Shown here: positions 48,397 through 61,805 of the stretch, piece by piece | Numbering within the stretch: position 1 is the stretch's first letter | Layout: each line of letters starts with the position of its first letter | Assembly: GCA_949358305.1 (NCBI GenBank) | Contig: OX442314.1 | Span: 29,512,001 to 29,576,000, forward strand | Direction: 5' to 3' | Source of the DNA: Strigamia acuminata | Taxonomy: Eukaryota | DNA length: 64,000 nt | Position numbers and translations under genes: made by a program | The notes under the pieces: model-generated | Database searches by the model: none | Told to the model about the DNA's origin: nothing | What the model saw: only the letters and a program-made list of their open reading frames with translations

Positions 48397-49088
48397 CTCT
48401 GTACGGATCGGACGTAGGACGGGACCCAGAAAGGTGTTCGTACTAAGCGGTTGTCTGGATAGGGGTGGGAAATTAACATTGCTGGGCGTAGGTTGAGTCC
48501 AGCAAACTTGTGCAGACGGTGCTGTGTGCGGCAGGGGTGGACCGGGAACAAATTTAGTACTGGGAAATCCGGACAAGGTTGGGCCACAAGAACAAATATA
48601 TATCGGGAAATCTGGATGATCCGGCCACAACAAAAAGAAATAAATTTACAGCATCAGGAAATTCCCGGTGTCCCGTCGGGCCAGTCCAGCACTGATGTCC
48701 GGTCTGTACAGAACAAACTGTATTTTGCAGTTTCTCTTAAGAAATAATTTTGTCGGTAGGCCGATTCTGATTGGGCAAAACGAGTCATATTGTATGTCGC
48801 AAAACTTGAACCATTGTATTGTATTTGTATTGCGTTTTTTTTACTCTTAGCGTGGTCATGATGATCTCTTCAGCTGAATGCTCTTGAGGGATATTAGGTC
48901 CCAACTTGACATTCACAGAAAACCCAGTTGGAGGCGGGTGGCAAGAGTTCTTGCTGCAGTAGCTAGATAAGAGACTGTATTTCTTAGATTCTAAGACCCC
49001 ATCGATTGTAAGAGGCACCCTGTTTTTAGAGATGTTTATATGGGGAAAAAAAGCGTCTTCAATTCGAAGAAATATGATAACAATAAAA

Positions 49089-49126
49089 AACAACCTTGAT
49101 TCCCAGCAGGTCACCCATCCAAGTAC
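49089..49126 (-). pseudogene. 5S rRNA-derived fragment (box C region)
   Basis: Minus-strand GTACTTGGATGGGTGACCTGCTGGGAAT resembles eukaryotic 5S GTACTTGGATGGGAGACCGCCTGGGAAT; the 5' part of 5S is absent. Confidence 0.65.
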
Positions 49127-50862
49127 AGTCCTCTATTTATAAACGAGTTCGGTTTCGACAAAATTGTTTGTAAGTCTAGCAGATGTGTACAAGGTGGAAG
49201 AATTCTTAAGATAACATTTTAAATATTATTTTATTATTTTAATTAGAAATATGTATAGCTGCTATAGTACTGTACAACCAAAAGGGGGGGAGGAGACATC
49301 AATAAGAGTATGAGTTTTGTACTCTGCCTAGTGACAGACACACAAACTAACTGTGGTGTAGTCGCAAATTTGAAGTTCGTACTTTTGAAAGTTCGTAACT
49401 CGATGTTTGCAAGTAGAGGATCCACTGTACTGCCTAGGCCCAAGGGTGCCAAAATCTATTTATGCTTCTTTGTGCTGATTAGTTGACTGCAATCACGTGT
49501 CATGCATTGCTTGCTAACTAAGCAAATTGTTAGTTTTAAGTTATAATGTTTGTATAACGTGATTTGAAAATGTGTGTTTGCGCGCGTTTCTTGAATGTTG
49601 TAAACTTCGAATCTCAGTTCGACTCTGTACTTCATAGAGTAAAGAATCACTTGTTATTTGTTCAACTTTTCACCGAAAGTTTCATCATTCATTTACCGAT
49701 CTACAAGCGATTTTGCTAACCTTACACATGTTTGTTACCTATTGTTATCCCAGAATACAGTGTGGCTGTGTATTATGTGGCGCCATTATTGTGTCTTTCG
49801 AGTTGATAGGTGTCGATGAATGTTGGAGTACGCAAAGAATGACCATGTTGGATAGGTAAATTAACATAACTGATTTATTCAAAAGGTAAAAATAGGTGGC
49901 GCTGAGAACAGCGCATCATAACAAACAAAATGGTCGATTGACCAATGGAGTCAAACACTCCAGCCATCGGTGACAAATCGCACTGATCATGTGTATACAT
50001 GTCCATGTCATCCTTGATTTATGGTAAGAACATTATTGTATCTTGTTTGCAGCGGACGGGTCAATAACCAAAGGGAGTTTGTCATAAGTCTTTGCAAACA
50101 GCGGCTAGCGGCAGTCTTTAATATCGTAATGGTAAATTTTTCCTCTGGCATTGAATTTCCATTTGTTTCAATAAATCAAGTCTACAAAGCTCTTCGACCT
50201 ATCCGGTAATCGCAAGCCGCAGTTATCAGTTGGTGGCGGGATGAAGAGGGCTTCTCCGCCTTAAGTAGTCATTTCTCTCTGTTATGCGCGTTGCTTGCCA
50301 ATTAGGCAAAATGCTCTCTTTGCATAATCACATTTTTTGAATTTTATTTTGCCCCCCCATCTTTTGTGGATGCTGATTATCTGCTTGGTTTCATTTTTCG
50401 CCTGAATGTGTATGTGCTTGCCTGGGCTTTATTTTTGGCTCATCTCTATTTCGCTTTTGAACGGCTCCCAATCACATTCAGTTCATTGGATTACCAACTG
50501 AGGATGGGTTCAAACATCTGCAACAAACGATATGGGTGAAATATGATATAAAACATTTTTCAATAAACATAAAAAAAAGATAAACTGAAATTTTAGATTC
50601 ATACCTAGACAGCATCGGAGCTCTTTCAAGGCACGTACTTCAAATAGGGGTAAGTAGTAAACAGAGTGACTTTCCATGGTCTTGAGGCTTTAGTTGGCTC
50701 ATACCTATGCTGCATTTGCAAAAAACTGCAAGTTTTTTTTATCTAAAAGTTAATATTTTTGCAACAAAAGTAGGAGTTTTCATTAAAAATGCAGGTTTTT
50801 GTCTCGAAATGCAGGTTTTGTCTTGAAATGCAGGTTTTTGTCTTGAAATGCGGGTTTCTGTA

Positions 50863-51553
50863 TACAGTCGAATCGCAGGGGACCAGAAAAATCGATTTAT
50901 TACAACGAGAATTCATTATATTGAATTTATTTAACATGGTGTTCTATGGCCATTCAACCAAACCAGCTATTTTTTGTTGTTCATTATATCGATAATTCGT
51001 TATATCGCGATTCGTTATAAAGAGTTTCGACTGTATCTATAATTCGTTATATCGAAATTATCTGGCATGGTGTTCTATGGCCATTCAACCAAACCAGCCA
51101 TTTTTAGATATTCGTTATATCGATAATTCGTTATATCGCGATTCGTTATAAAGAGTTTTGACTGTATTGATAATTCGTTATATCGCGATTTGCTTTTTAG
51201 AGTTTTGACTGTCTCGATAATTCGTTATATCGCGATTCGTTATAAAGAGTTTCGACTGTATCGATAATTCGTTATATCGAAATTATTTAACATGGTGTTC
51301 TATGGCCATTCAACCAAACCAGCCATTTTTAGGTATTTGTTATATCGATAATTCGTTATATTGCGTTATATCAAAATTTCGTTATATTGCGTTATATCAA
51401 AATTTCGTTATATTGCGTTATATCAAAATTTCGTTATATTGCGTTATATCAAAATTTCGTTATATTGCGTTATATCAAAATTTCGTTATATCTAGTTATA
51501 TCGATAATTTGTTACATCGCGATTCGTTATAGTTATAAAGGGTTTTGACTGTA
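50863..51553. repeat. Tandemly amplified MITE ends plus a 30-bp repeat (TTCGTTATATTGCGTTATATCAAAAT)
   Basis: Repeated ...TTCGTTATAAAGAGTTTCGACTGTA termini and repeated internal blocks. Confidence 0.75.
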
Positions 51554-54500
51554 CAACTGATGGTCTCTACCAAGGAATGTAAGCTTATGCACATGCGAAA
51601 ATCACTTCTAGAAGAGACATCTTGTCAAAGTTTTCTCTCGAAATTGAACACTTTCAACAACATTCTTTATTGTTGAAGGAAAAATAATAATAAAAAAAAA
51701 ATTATTGTGACTATAGGGTTGGCCAGAGGTCAGCATGTGGTCACTGATGACATGCTCTCAAAAGGATACCCTGGGAAAAGGAGTTCACAGGTCGTGATAA
51801 CACTTTGGTCGTAACGCTTGGCAATAGAGGTGGGTTGAAGCGCTCTGCCTCTTCGGGAAGCCATGAAGATCACCTTGTGACCAACAGATGGGGTGCTCGC
51901 ACTCCTAGAGAAGTGCTACTTGACGTGACATTTAATGTGGTGTCACGCAGACATGCAGTGGAATGGACGAACCAATCAGATAAACCGGGCATCGGTGCGA
52001 TTTTCTCTCTCGTGTTGGCTGGTGTAAGATAACAGTTTCGTTAAACAATTGGGAGCCGAGTGCAAACATTTGGAGCGATGTCGTGCCATCGTTAAGCAGC
52101 CGTGTAATTTGTAGCGTACGAAAATTTGAGCAATGAAAGTAGGGTATAATGTTTGGCATAAAGCTAATTATGTTTGTGGATGTATATTTAGAATGCGCAA
52201 ATGTGCCATTGGTGCTATCATAACCGAAATGGCGATACTGATTGCTGTGTGATATACAGGGTGTTTACATTAAAATGTTTGTGCTGAATAGCTTCAAAAG
52301 TGATGGTGAAATTAAAAATGCAATTGGATAAGCAGATAGGAATGTTGGGGTGACACTAAGAATGACGTTTTTGACCTTGGGGTCAAGACCAACTATTTTC
52401 ATCGATTGTCTCACTCAGTGCTTCTCGAACTATACTCTGTTCCGATACAACGTTGTCTTAATTCCGGTCGTATCACTGGTGTAGTGGGACAAAAAAGTAG
52501 CCCACAAAATTAGAATTGTATTCTAGCTTGGCAAAACAACCAATAAAAAACTAAACCTTTGTTTACCTGCCAAAAGAAATCAACAAACTACAGTGAGGGC
52601 AAAAACTAAGTTAACAAACGCATCATGTTGATTCTTACGGCTGTATCTCGGGGAAAAAAGAGAGGAAAATTTATGAAATTTTAACTGGAGACTCGTACAA
52701 CATCCTACTTTATTCACCTAAAATTTTATCAACATCTATCCATCAGTTTCTGAGAAAAAAATTCTTTTGTGAAGTGACATAAAAAATTAGAGGCAAAAAG
52801 TAAGTTAACATACCCATTACCAACAAACAATTAGCCATTCCCATTGTAAAATATGCGGCAAATATTAAAATTTATCCATAAACATATGTGTAGTCACTCA
52901 TACACTTCATTAAAACATCCAAACCGCAAGCAATGCCATTGTGAAACACTGAGCAATTGACTTGACTTTATGCTTAGAATCATTTTTCTGCTGAAATATC
53001 CCTGTCAAAGGCAGTTCATCATCTGCACATGGAAGCATAACAATCCTCTAATACTTTTTTTTAAGTATATTGGTCCATGATAACCTTAATTTAATGTTTT
53101 GGACCGACACACATACAGGAAACCATCCCCAAGCCATTTTACTATTGGGATGGTTTTTTCAACTTAGTTTTTGCCCTGACTGAAGGCTAACATTGTTTGA
53201 TTGATTAAAAGGTGGATAAGGTTTACCCTGCAATGGGAATGCATTCTGGGTAGCATGACATCACAAGCTAGTAAAGCTAGCTTAAAACTAGCTTATCCAG
53301 CTTATCTAGTTTGAAAACTGTGTGTTCGCATTACATTTTCACAGTTAAGCTAGCTTATCTTTGTAGTGCGAACGGGGTATAACTAAAATTTTCAAAAGCT
53401 TGATGCCGCTTAAAGCGTGTTAATTTGGTACAGTATTCGGTTGCGGTGAAATTTTGATGGAACTAGGTTTAGGTAATATTTATGTAAAACGTATCCAATT
53501 ATTGTGCAAATCGAAGACAAAAAAGATTCAGAGGAGCACAGTAGTAACTGGGACAACGTAGTTTCGTAAAGAGGGGATTAATTGTTGTTTTTAGAACCAT
53601 CTTTTGATGGGAATTATTGTTGCTGGTTGTTACGTCCGCTGTAGGGATGATGTTAGATTGTCCTCTTGGACAAAACGAGATTGATATCTTGCATATCATG
53701 CATATCTTTGTTTTTTGTTTATGCAGTTTAGAGAAACACCAAAATCCATCCAAACAAGCTTTTGCTGCCTAAATTTTCAATTTCAACATTCCTTTCGAGG
53801 TTGTAGGGAATGTTCCTTGCATGTAGATGACAAATTTATTAGCAACTATTTATTTATTCTCATCAATGTCTTATGTTCACTACTCTAGGCGGGGTGTTGC
53901 TGTGGTGAAAAGGTCATGTCCGCATGGCATACAGGATGTGCTACATCATGTGAAATAAATAATGTTCCAGAGGTAGAGTTTAGTCTAAACGTGGAATCAA
54001 ACGTACAGTCGTGTTTAACCTAGTGGCAAAACACGAAATTACTCACAATTTCAATTGCCAGCCTAGAGTGAGGGTCCAGTTTTACTGTGGATTAGTATGA
54101 TAGAAACAAACATTCCAGAACTTTTGGAAACATTTAATTTGGTCCACCATCTTGAATAATTGCAATGAGGTGGAGATAATTGCGAAGAGAACGGGTGCGA
54201 AGATACCTAACTTAGCGCAAAATAAATTAGGAATTGTCTGCCCCTCATTAATTTGTTAAATTACCAAACAAATTAATAGATTGAACAAGTGATCGTTAAA
54301 TTGGAAGCTGTTGGTTATTTCAAGCGAAAGGCGAAATTCATTGAGGTCGAAAGGCCGAAGATTTCCATTACCTTTATTTCCATTCTGTAGTAATTCTTAT
54401 CGATAATTCTTTTGCGAACGGTATGTTATTTATTATATGTAATCTGTTTATTAACCCTTCTTCAAGTCAGAGAAACAGTTTACTTTTTTATTTTCTAATA

Positions 54501-55024
54501 TTGAAAAGAAGTTTAAATTATGGTAGAACTAATTAATAAAAATATAGTAATCTAACAAAAATAGATGGGTTTATTGTCAAAAAATGATTTTTATCTAAGC
54601 AAAGTATTGCTATATTACCTCGCTTTAAGCCGCATGCCGTTGGACATGGGTTTACCAGGTTTCTGGAATTTCAGTCAAACAGTTTGTACTGTCATGCCGG
54701 TATAAAGTAAAACATGCCGGTGTTAGTGAAAAAGCTGATGTTTTGTTTTTTTTTTCCCTAAAAGAGCCAGGATAAATAATTATGTTGGAATTTGGGCCTG
54801 AAATTTGAGATTTCTTAATTTTCTAAAGATTATTACTAGAATCTGGGTAAATTTATATAAGTTTAGGCCATTTTCCTGCGTTTTTGAACATCTAAAAATG
54901 CTTTTTATGGTTGTTTAGGCATGGGAGTGTCACATGGTGCTGTGTATGGGTGTTTCTCTTGGTTTATTTTTAAATTTAATCAACTGTGATGGAAAAAATT
55001 GTTGTTTTATTTTTATTATTTGCA

Positions 55025-56123
55025 ATAAAAATTCATTTTTTTATTTGTAAAATAAAAGTTAAAAAAGGCAATCGGCGCTAATTTACGCTTACAATTCTTG
55101 TTGCCAATTAGCAACAATGTATGGCGATTAACGTCCGCCATACGTTTGGAATTGACGTATACGACGTATATAAACAGCAAGTTCCAGTTAATCATTCATT
55201 CAACAATGCCACGCAAACCAGCCTGCCGTTTTGGCAAGAAAAGACGAAGTTTTGTGCTAATTCTATTGTTATTCCGACACACCCGATTTGGCAAACGATA
55301 AGCGAAGATTTGGCATCGAAAATGTCGGCAGGTGCGAAACACACGTTCGTGAAATGTGACCGACATAACATGCATTGGCTTGACAAGTACCGAACTTTCA
55401 TTGGAAAGTGTCGAAGTTGGCGATATTAGCGTTGAAGACGACGGCATATGGAAAAATGTCTTTAATCAACGAATTTAAAATTTTGACCGCTTCGGAAGAT
55501 TGGGATTTGATGACTTGCAATGTGAAATATTCGCGTAAAAAAAAGCGCAATTGCTTACGACTAAAAACTCGCTGTTGTATACGTACGGACGTATGCAACA
55601 GCGAGTTTTTAATCGTAAGCAATTGCGCTTTTTTTTACGCGAATCTTTCACATTGCAAGTCATCAAATCCCAATCTTCCGAAGCGGTCAAAATTTTAAAT
55701 TCGTTGGTTAAAGACATTTTTCCATATGCGTGGTTAACCGGAACGTAATCGCCGTCGTCTTCAGCGCTAATATCGCCAACTTCGACTCTTTCCGATGAAA
55801 GTTCGATACTTGTCAAGCCAAGTTTACAATTTCACGAACGTGTGTATCGCACCTGCCGACATTTTCGATGCCAAATCTTCGCTTATCGTTTGCCAAATCG
55901 GGTGTGTTGGAATAACAATAGAATTATTGCCAAAACGGCAGCGCGGGAGACACAGCTGGTTTGCATGGCATTGTTGAATGGATGATTGGAAGTTTCTGTT
56001 TATATACGTCGTACGTCAATTCCAAACTTATGGCGGACGTTAATTGGCAACAAGAATTGTAAGTCAATTAGCTCCGATTGCCTTTTTAAACTTTTATTTT
56101 ACAAATAAAAAAATCAATTTTAT
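55025..56123. repeat. ~1.1-kb foldback palindrome with ~0.5-kb arms and a 4-nt loop at 55585-55588
   Basis: Arms are reverse complements with scattered indels; the ORF track shows mirror ORFs on both strands. Confidence 0.92.
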
Positions 56124-56194
56124 AACACATAACTCTTCGATGGCTACAATTCGGACTTAAAAACAAAAAAAATATTTCTATTTGACTGTTGTGT

Positions 56195-56462
56195 TTGGGT
56201 TCGACCAAACACCCACGGTCAAATCCAAAAAATTTCCCCCAAAAAATTTGTCAGCCATGCCGACCCAATCGCACCTTCTACGGCATCGGTCGAATCCAGA
56301 CACCATGTTTTTTCACGTATAATTTTTTGGATTTGCTGCCGTCGAAGATGCAGTTAAGTCGGCATGGCTGAGTTTACCCAACACCATTTTTTTTATTGTT
56401 TTTTTTTATTTATTTTGTTTTATTTATTTGGGATTGAACCGTGGGTGTTTGGCCGAACCAAC
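56195..56462. mobile_element. Palindromic MITE
   Basis: GGTTCGACCAAACACCCACGG is inverted as CCGTGGGTGTTTGGCCGAACC. Confidence 0.65.
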
Positions 56463-59190
56463 GTTGAATCCCCGTTACCCGTTCCGACCAAACATCGTGC
56501 TTTTTTTGCGTTTTTTGCGTTTTGTCTTTTTCTGATTGCCCGAAAGCGGCTTGTACAGACCAATACAAACGACAATTGGTACATTACAAATTAATACTAA
56601 CTGAATACTAAAGGAATCTGTAAAGAAAAGTGAAATTGGGGGAGTGTATTCCAGCGCCAAGTTGGCAGCACACTGCCTAGAATTTGTTGCAAACGATAAT
56701 TTATACATTACAAATGAACACTGCCAGAATACTAACAGAGTCTGCAGAAAAAAGTTCAAATTTGCAAAAGTGTGCTGTAGGCATATAGTTGACAGCACAT
56801 TGGAAAACCATGGTTTATTCCAGTTCTATCAGAATACAAATTGCCAAACTTGGCATACAAACAATACAAACCATGATAATGACTAACAAACTACAAATCT
56901 TACAGCCATTTCTGCAACAATGTGCTGTCAACTATACTTAAAAATCAAATAAACCCCTCAATAAACACACACAACCCAAAAAATGCCAATAAAACTTAAA
57001 AAACATGAAAAAAAAACAAGAAAACCATTTAAAAAAACACCGAAAAACCAAAGAAACCCAGGGGTAAATGTTGCTAAAACGTCACCGCGGTGCTAAGGTT
57101 TAGGCTTATTTCACTATAAAGTTATTTGGTACTATGGAGATCAGATAGTTGCTTTTGTAATGTCATTGTACCGGATAGCCGGAAATCAAACCGGCCCGAC
57201 AATACAAGGTTTACTAACTGCCAGATTAAATTGAACAAAGTTTACTTCAGCTTAAAAGACGTCAGAGAAAATACAGCCTCACAAAGTCTAGCATTACTCA
57301 CCAACGATCCATTATTTCCATTATAACAATGGATTATTGTTGTCGTCAAAGGTATCAAGCTCAGCACAGCAGTTGTCCTTTAAGCCAACAAAGTTATTTA
57401 TTAACCCTTACCAACACGTTTTCTTCATGATAAATGAAACGGGTGAAGGTTTTATATTTCCCAATACACTTGGATTTCCTCTCAAGTGAATATAATTTTT
57501 TCATAGAGCAATTAGATGTACATCTTGCTTTTTTTTGTTGGCTCTGTATATGTTTCCCTTGTGGCTCGTACAACTCAACGTCTGAGATCAGCAGAAGTGT
57601 TTGCCTTCAATTTTTAATTTTTTTTTATGCTGGTGTTGACCAAAATGCATTTAATGTGCATGTGATGATGATGTATTGTGTATGTGTAATTACGTAAGGT
57701 GTGTTGCATAATTATCGTATTACTTAGCCCGCTTTAATCCGCATGCAGGTATAACTCGAATTTTTACCAGCATGTTATAAATAAGTATAATTTTTTTTTC
57801 AATGGGAATTGAACCAAAATGAGCTTAAAAAGCATTTTTAGATGTGCAAAATGTAGGAAATTGATCTAAGTTTCTATAAATTTACTCAAATTTTAATAAT
57901 AACATTGAGAAAATCAAGAAAACTCAAATTTCTGACCCAAATTCTAACAATTATTCTTCCGGGCTCTTTTAATTAAAAAAAAACAGTAGCTGCATTCAAA
58001 AATAAAAATACAATTTTAGTTTAAGTGTATTTTAAGTTAAAATTTAAATTTATTATAATTATACTAAATACCGGTATATTATAAGTATATAATTATACCG
58101 GTAATTATGAATAAATAATTAATATAGTTTAATTTAATAAATAGGACAGGAAATGATGTCATTTTTGTTTTAAAATTGAAGTAAAGCACAAAATAATTTA
58201 ATTTTTGAATGCACCTAGTCTTTTCACTGATATCAGCATGTTTCACCTTTTACCGGAATCTCAGTATAGCGGCATGCAGGTTAATACGATACGGATGACC
58301 AGATGGCTCTTTGGGTTAGTGTATCTTAAAAATTAGATATTTTAAGATCACATTTCAAAATACATAGCTTTATCTTATATTGATTCATTGTTTTCTTTGC
58401 CCATAATTGCACCAAAAAAAATATGCTTGCTCCTGAGAAAAAGAGTTTTGTCGATGCCTGAATTTGGCCAAGTATTCTTCTAAATAAGGCCATTTTATTC
58501 ATTTCTTCAAACTCCCAAAAAAATCTAACCAAAAAATGTACATGACAGGTGAAATTGTAATAAAGTCTTTTAGCTTTTCCATTCTCGGAAAAAATGACTT
58601 TTTTATTTTTTTTTATTTTTAATTTAATCAGAAATTTTTTTTTCTCATTAATTGACCATTTAGTCCAATTTTCTATTGTTTTTTTTATTTTTCTAATTAT
58701 TCTTTTTATTTATTTTTTATAACTCTTTTTATAAATGTGTAAAGTTAAGGGTAGAGCAAGCTGCTGCCACTACTTAGTATGTCGAAGTATTAAAAAAAGA
58801 CAGAATTTGTTAATTTTACCTACTCAGCTTAACGACTTGCGAGCTGAAATTTGAAATTCACAATTAATTAAGAAATTTTATTTTTTATAATTCATTTTTT
58901 TTTAAATAATTGATTCTTTCACGAGTCCTAACCGGAATTCTGAAGTGTGAGGTGCACTCTCTTTTAGTACGAGGTCCATTCCTAGGGCAAGGGGATCTCC
59001 CAATGGTAATGATGAAAATAACTTGTGAAAATTGACCGAAGAGTGCTGCAACCTATGTCCGGCTACACAGAACACACTAGGTGCATTCAAAAACTCTAAA
59101 ACATATGCAAAACTCGTTTCGTGTTTGAACGTAACGTCATTCCCATTAAATCAAATAAATTTATAATTATTAAATGGAATTTATTCATTA

Positions 59191-59343
59191 CCGTACTGCC
59201 TCGATTTAACGCCGGGCGTATCTAAACGCCGGGCCTCGATTAAACGCCTGTGGCTAGGCGACGTGTAGTGCACTAAATGCCCGGGAGGGGGTCGGCTCGG
59301 GGAAAATTAATAAACGCCTCGGCGTTAAATCGAAGCAGTACGG
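59191..59343. mobile_element. TA-flanked MITE nested in a GGTGCATTCAAA-family element (~59080-59655)
   Basis: TIR CCGTACTGCCTCGATTTAACGCCG. Confidence 0.8.
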
Positions 59344-61086
59344 TATTATTAAATGAAATTAGTTTTAATCATTTCTAATGATTAATATTGTTGTTAGCTC
59401 CAAAAAATTAATAACTGCTGCAAAATTGTGTGTAGGTATCCGATTGACGCGATTGATCAAACGGAAATCCAAGATGGCAGCCAAAATGTGCGATTTGAAC
59501 GAGAAAACTCATTACATGGAGATTTAAATGACCTTTTTCGGTCGTTTATTTTCAGCTTGTTTAAACCCATTTAAATGAGCTTTTAATCAAGAATCTAGTT
59601 GAAAAGTTCGTTTAAACGGGTTGAAACAACTGTTTATGAGTTATTGAATGCGCCTAGTGTAACTAATTGCTGCATTGTTGTAAAATTTGTTGTGTAACTT
59701 TGTTTTAACCTTATTTATGTGTGTGTAAAAATAAATACCCCTTGTCTCATCAAAATTAAATTATAAAAAAAAAAAATAGCCGTCTTTTTGTATTGTAACA
59801 GACTTGACGTTAGTTTGACATGAACTCTGGTGGGGTCATCTAAGTCAGTTAAACCGGCACAAATCGATTTGCTTTGTTTTTGCTGAAATTACACGCCTGT
59901 TGGCACGTTTCTGCTGTTGTTTGTGGGAAGTTTTTTTTATTATTGTTTTCAGCTGGCATGTATTCCACGAACATGATCATTAAAATAATCATGACCACTG
60001 TAAATCAATCAATACGTGGAATAACAAATGCATAAATGGAAGTGATTGTTTTTAAAGTATCACATTTGATGTGAGAAATTTGTTTTGGTGCCAAGAGACA
60101 ATTTTTCTTTCCTCCAACTTCCATCTCATCAATTTTTAAGAACCATCAGAGCGAATTTTTTTATTTCTTTTTTTTATTTTCTTTTTATTTCTTTTTTTTT
60201 TTTTTTTTTTGTAAAAATCAATGGGAAGATTTACACAGTTTGAATCAAGTTCCTCTTCAATTTCCATCCCATTTATTGGCCTCATGCCATGAATCAAGGA
60301 TTTCTCAATTACCCTCCAGCCCCAACCTAAAATTGCAACTAGCAGAGCCAAATCTGAGTGTTTCTTGACCCATTACAACGTAATACTATATTGAAAAGAT
60401 TTAATTAAAAATTGTCAAATTACATACAAGCCTTTTCACTGGTGTAGTGATACTAAAACATACATCAAAACACTGGCTGACATTTTGAATGATGTCCAGA
60501 CAAAACAACCAATCATAAAATTGAAAATTGTTTTGTTCTCTGGAAGAAGCAAGCAATAAACTTAACAATGTTGAAATGTTGAAATAAATCAACATAAATG
60601 TTTATTTTATGACTTCAAGATACATTTTCTTAGAAAATGCAAACAACATTACATCATTTCAATGATTAAAATCATTAAACAAATTTAAAACCACTCTGAA
60701 CTATTTTTCCTGGTGGTAGCACAGAGTGAGTTATGAGGCTCAGCCAATCGGAACTAGGCCCAAGTTACACATAGACAGAGTACAGATGCGATATTTAATT
60801 GTTTATTGTGTTACTTTGGTTATTTCAGAAAAACACGCACTCTGTTGGGTCAAAATTGATCTTAGAATGGATGCAGAAGTGTTAAAGGTCAAGTGCACTG
60901 AGTGGGATTTTTACATTTTCTGAAAGCCCGTAAATTAAATTTATTAATGAGTTTATTGATGTTTATTTAAATTAAATTTAGATTAAATTTTTGCTGGACT
61001 TGAGAACAATTCGACTTAAGAACATGTTATCGGAATCATACTCGTTTGTAAGCTGAGGAGTTTCTGTATGGTAAATAACATGTACA

Positions 61087-61650
61087 TACTCTTGTTCGAG
61101 TCAAAAGAGTCCTTTCTCTCATTGGCCGAGCCTCATTACTCCTAACTCCAGACTGTATACTACCACTAGGAGAAGTGGTTTCTATTTTTATTTATTTTTG
61201 AGATTATTATGACCATTTAAATTGATATAATTTTGATTGTTTTTTATTATAAAATGATTTTTCCATTTATAAAATAAAGTTTTATGCACTTTTAAATTTA
61301 AAACTCATGTTTGTTCTGTTTATTGGTTGCTTTGTCAGGAAAGCAAACAATTTCCTAACAATAGGTCTATTTTTTTGGATCAAAAACCTAGGTTTAATTT
61401 CTAATAAAGGCTAACAAGGGGGGGCGCAGCCCCCCCTTGACCCCCCCGCGAACCTAACCTTACTGGTTTTTTGATGGAAACCACTTTTTTATCGTGTCGC
61501 GTCGCTAAAACCTTGGTTCTTGTGTCGCTAAAATGACATGTTCGCTAAAATGGGACTTTTTCGCTAAAATGAGCGTCGCTAAAATGACGCTAACCGAGTA
61601 AAATGGCTCGGCCAATGGGAGAAAGGACTCTTTATACTCGAGCAAGAGTA
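61087..61650. mobile_element. MITE with ~45-bp TIRs
   Basis: TACTCTTGTTCGAGT...ATTGGCCGAGCC is inverted at the right end. Confidence 0.75.
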
Positions 61651-61767
61651 TAGTTGACATAAAATAAAGTCCTATTATTTAAAACTTTTATTTCTTAGTG
61701 TTTTATTAAAAAAAATAATAATTAAAAAGACAATTAAAATACGCTAGTCTCTCCTAAGGTCTTTCGG

Positions 61768-61805
61768 CCACTAAAGATGGCTGAGAGCAGCCGAAAGGCC
61801 TTTGG
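61768..61805 (+). ncRNA. Degenerate minimal hammerhead ribozyme (Penelope-like element remnant), copy 2
   Basis: CCA-CTAAAGA-TGGCTGAGAGCAGCC-GAAAGGCCT-T-TGG; CUGA is mutated to CUAA; preceded by an inverted partial copy (~61725-61768). Confidence 0.6.

Noticed and set aside
55098..55977. Paired ORFs on both strands
   Set aside because: Mirror products of the foldback palindrome with no protein motifs.
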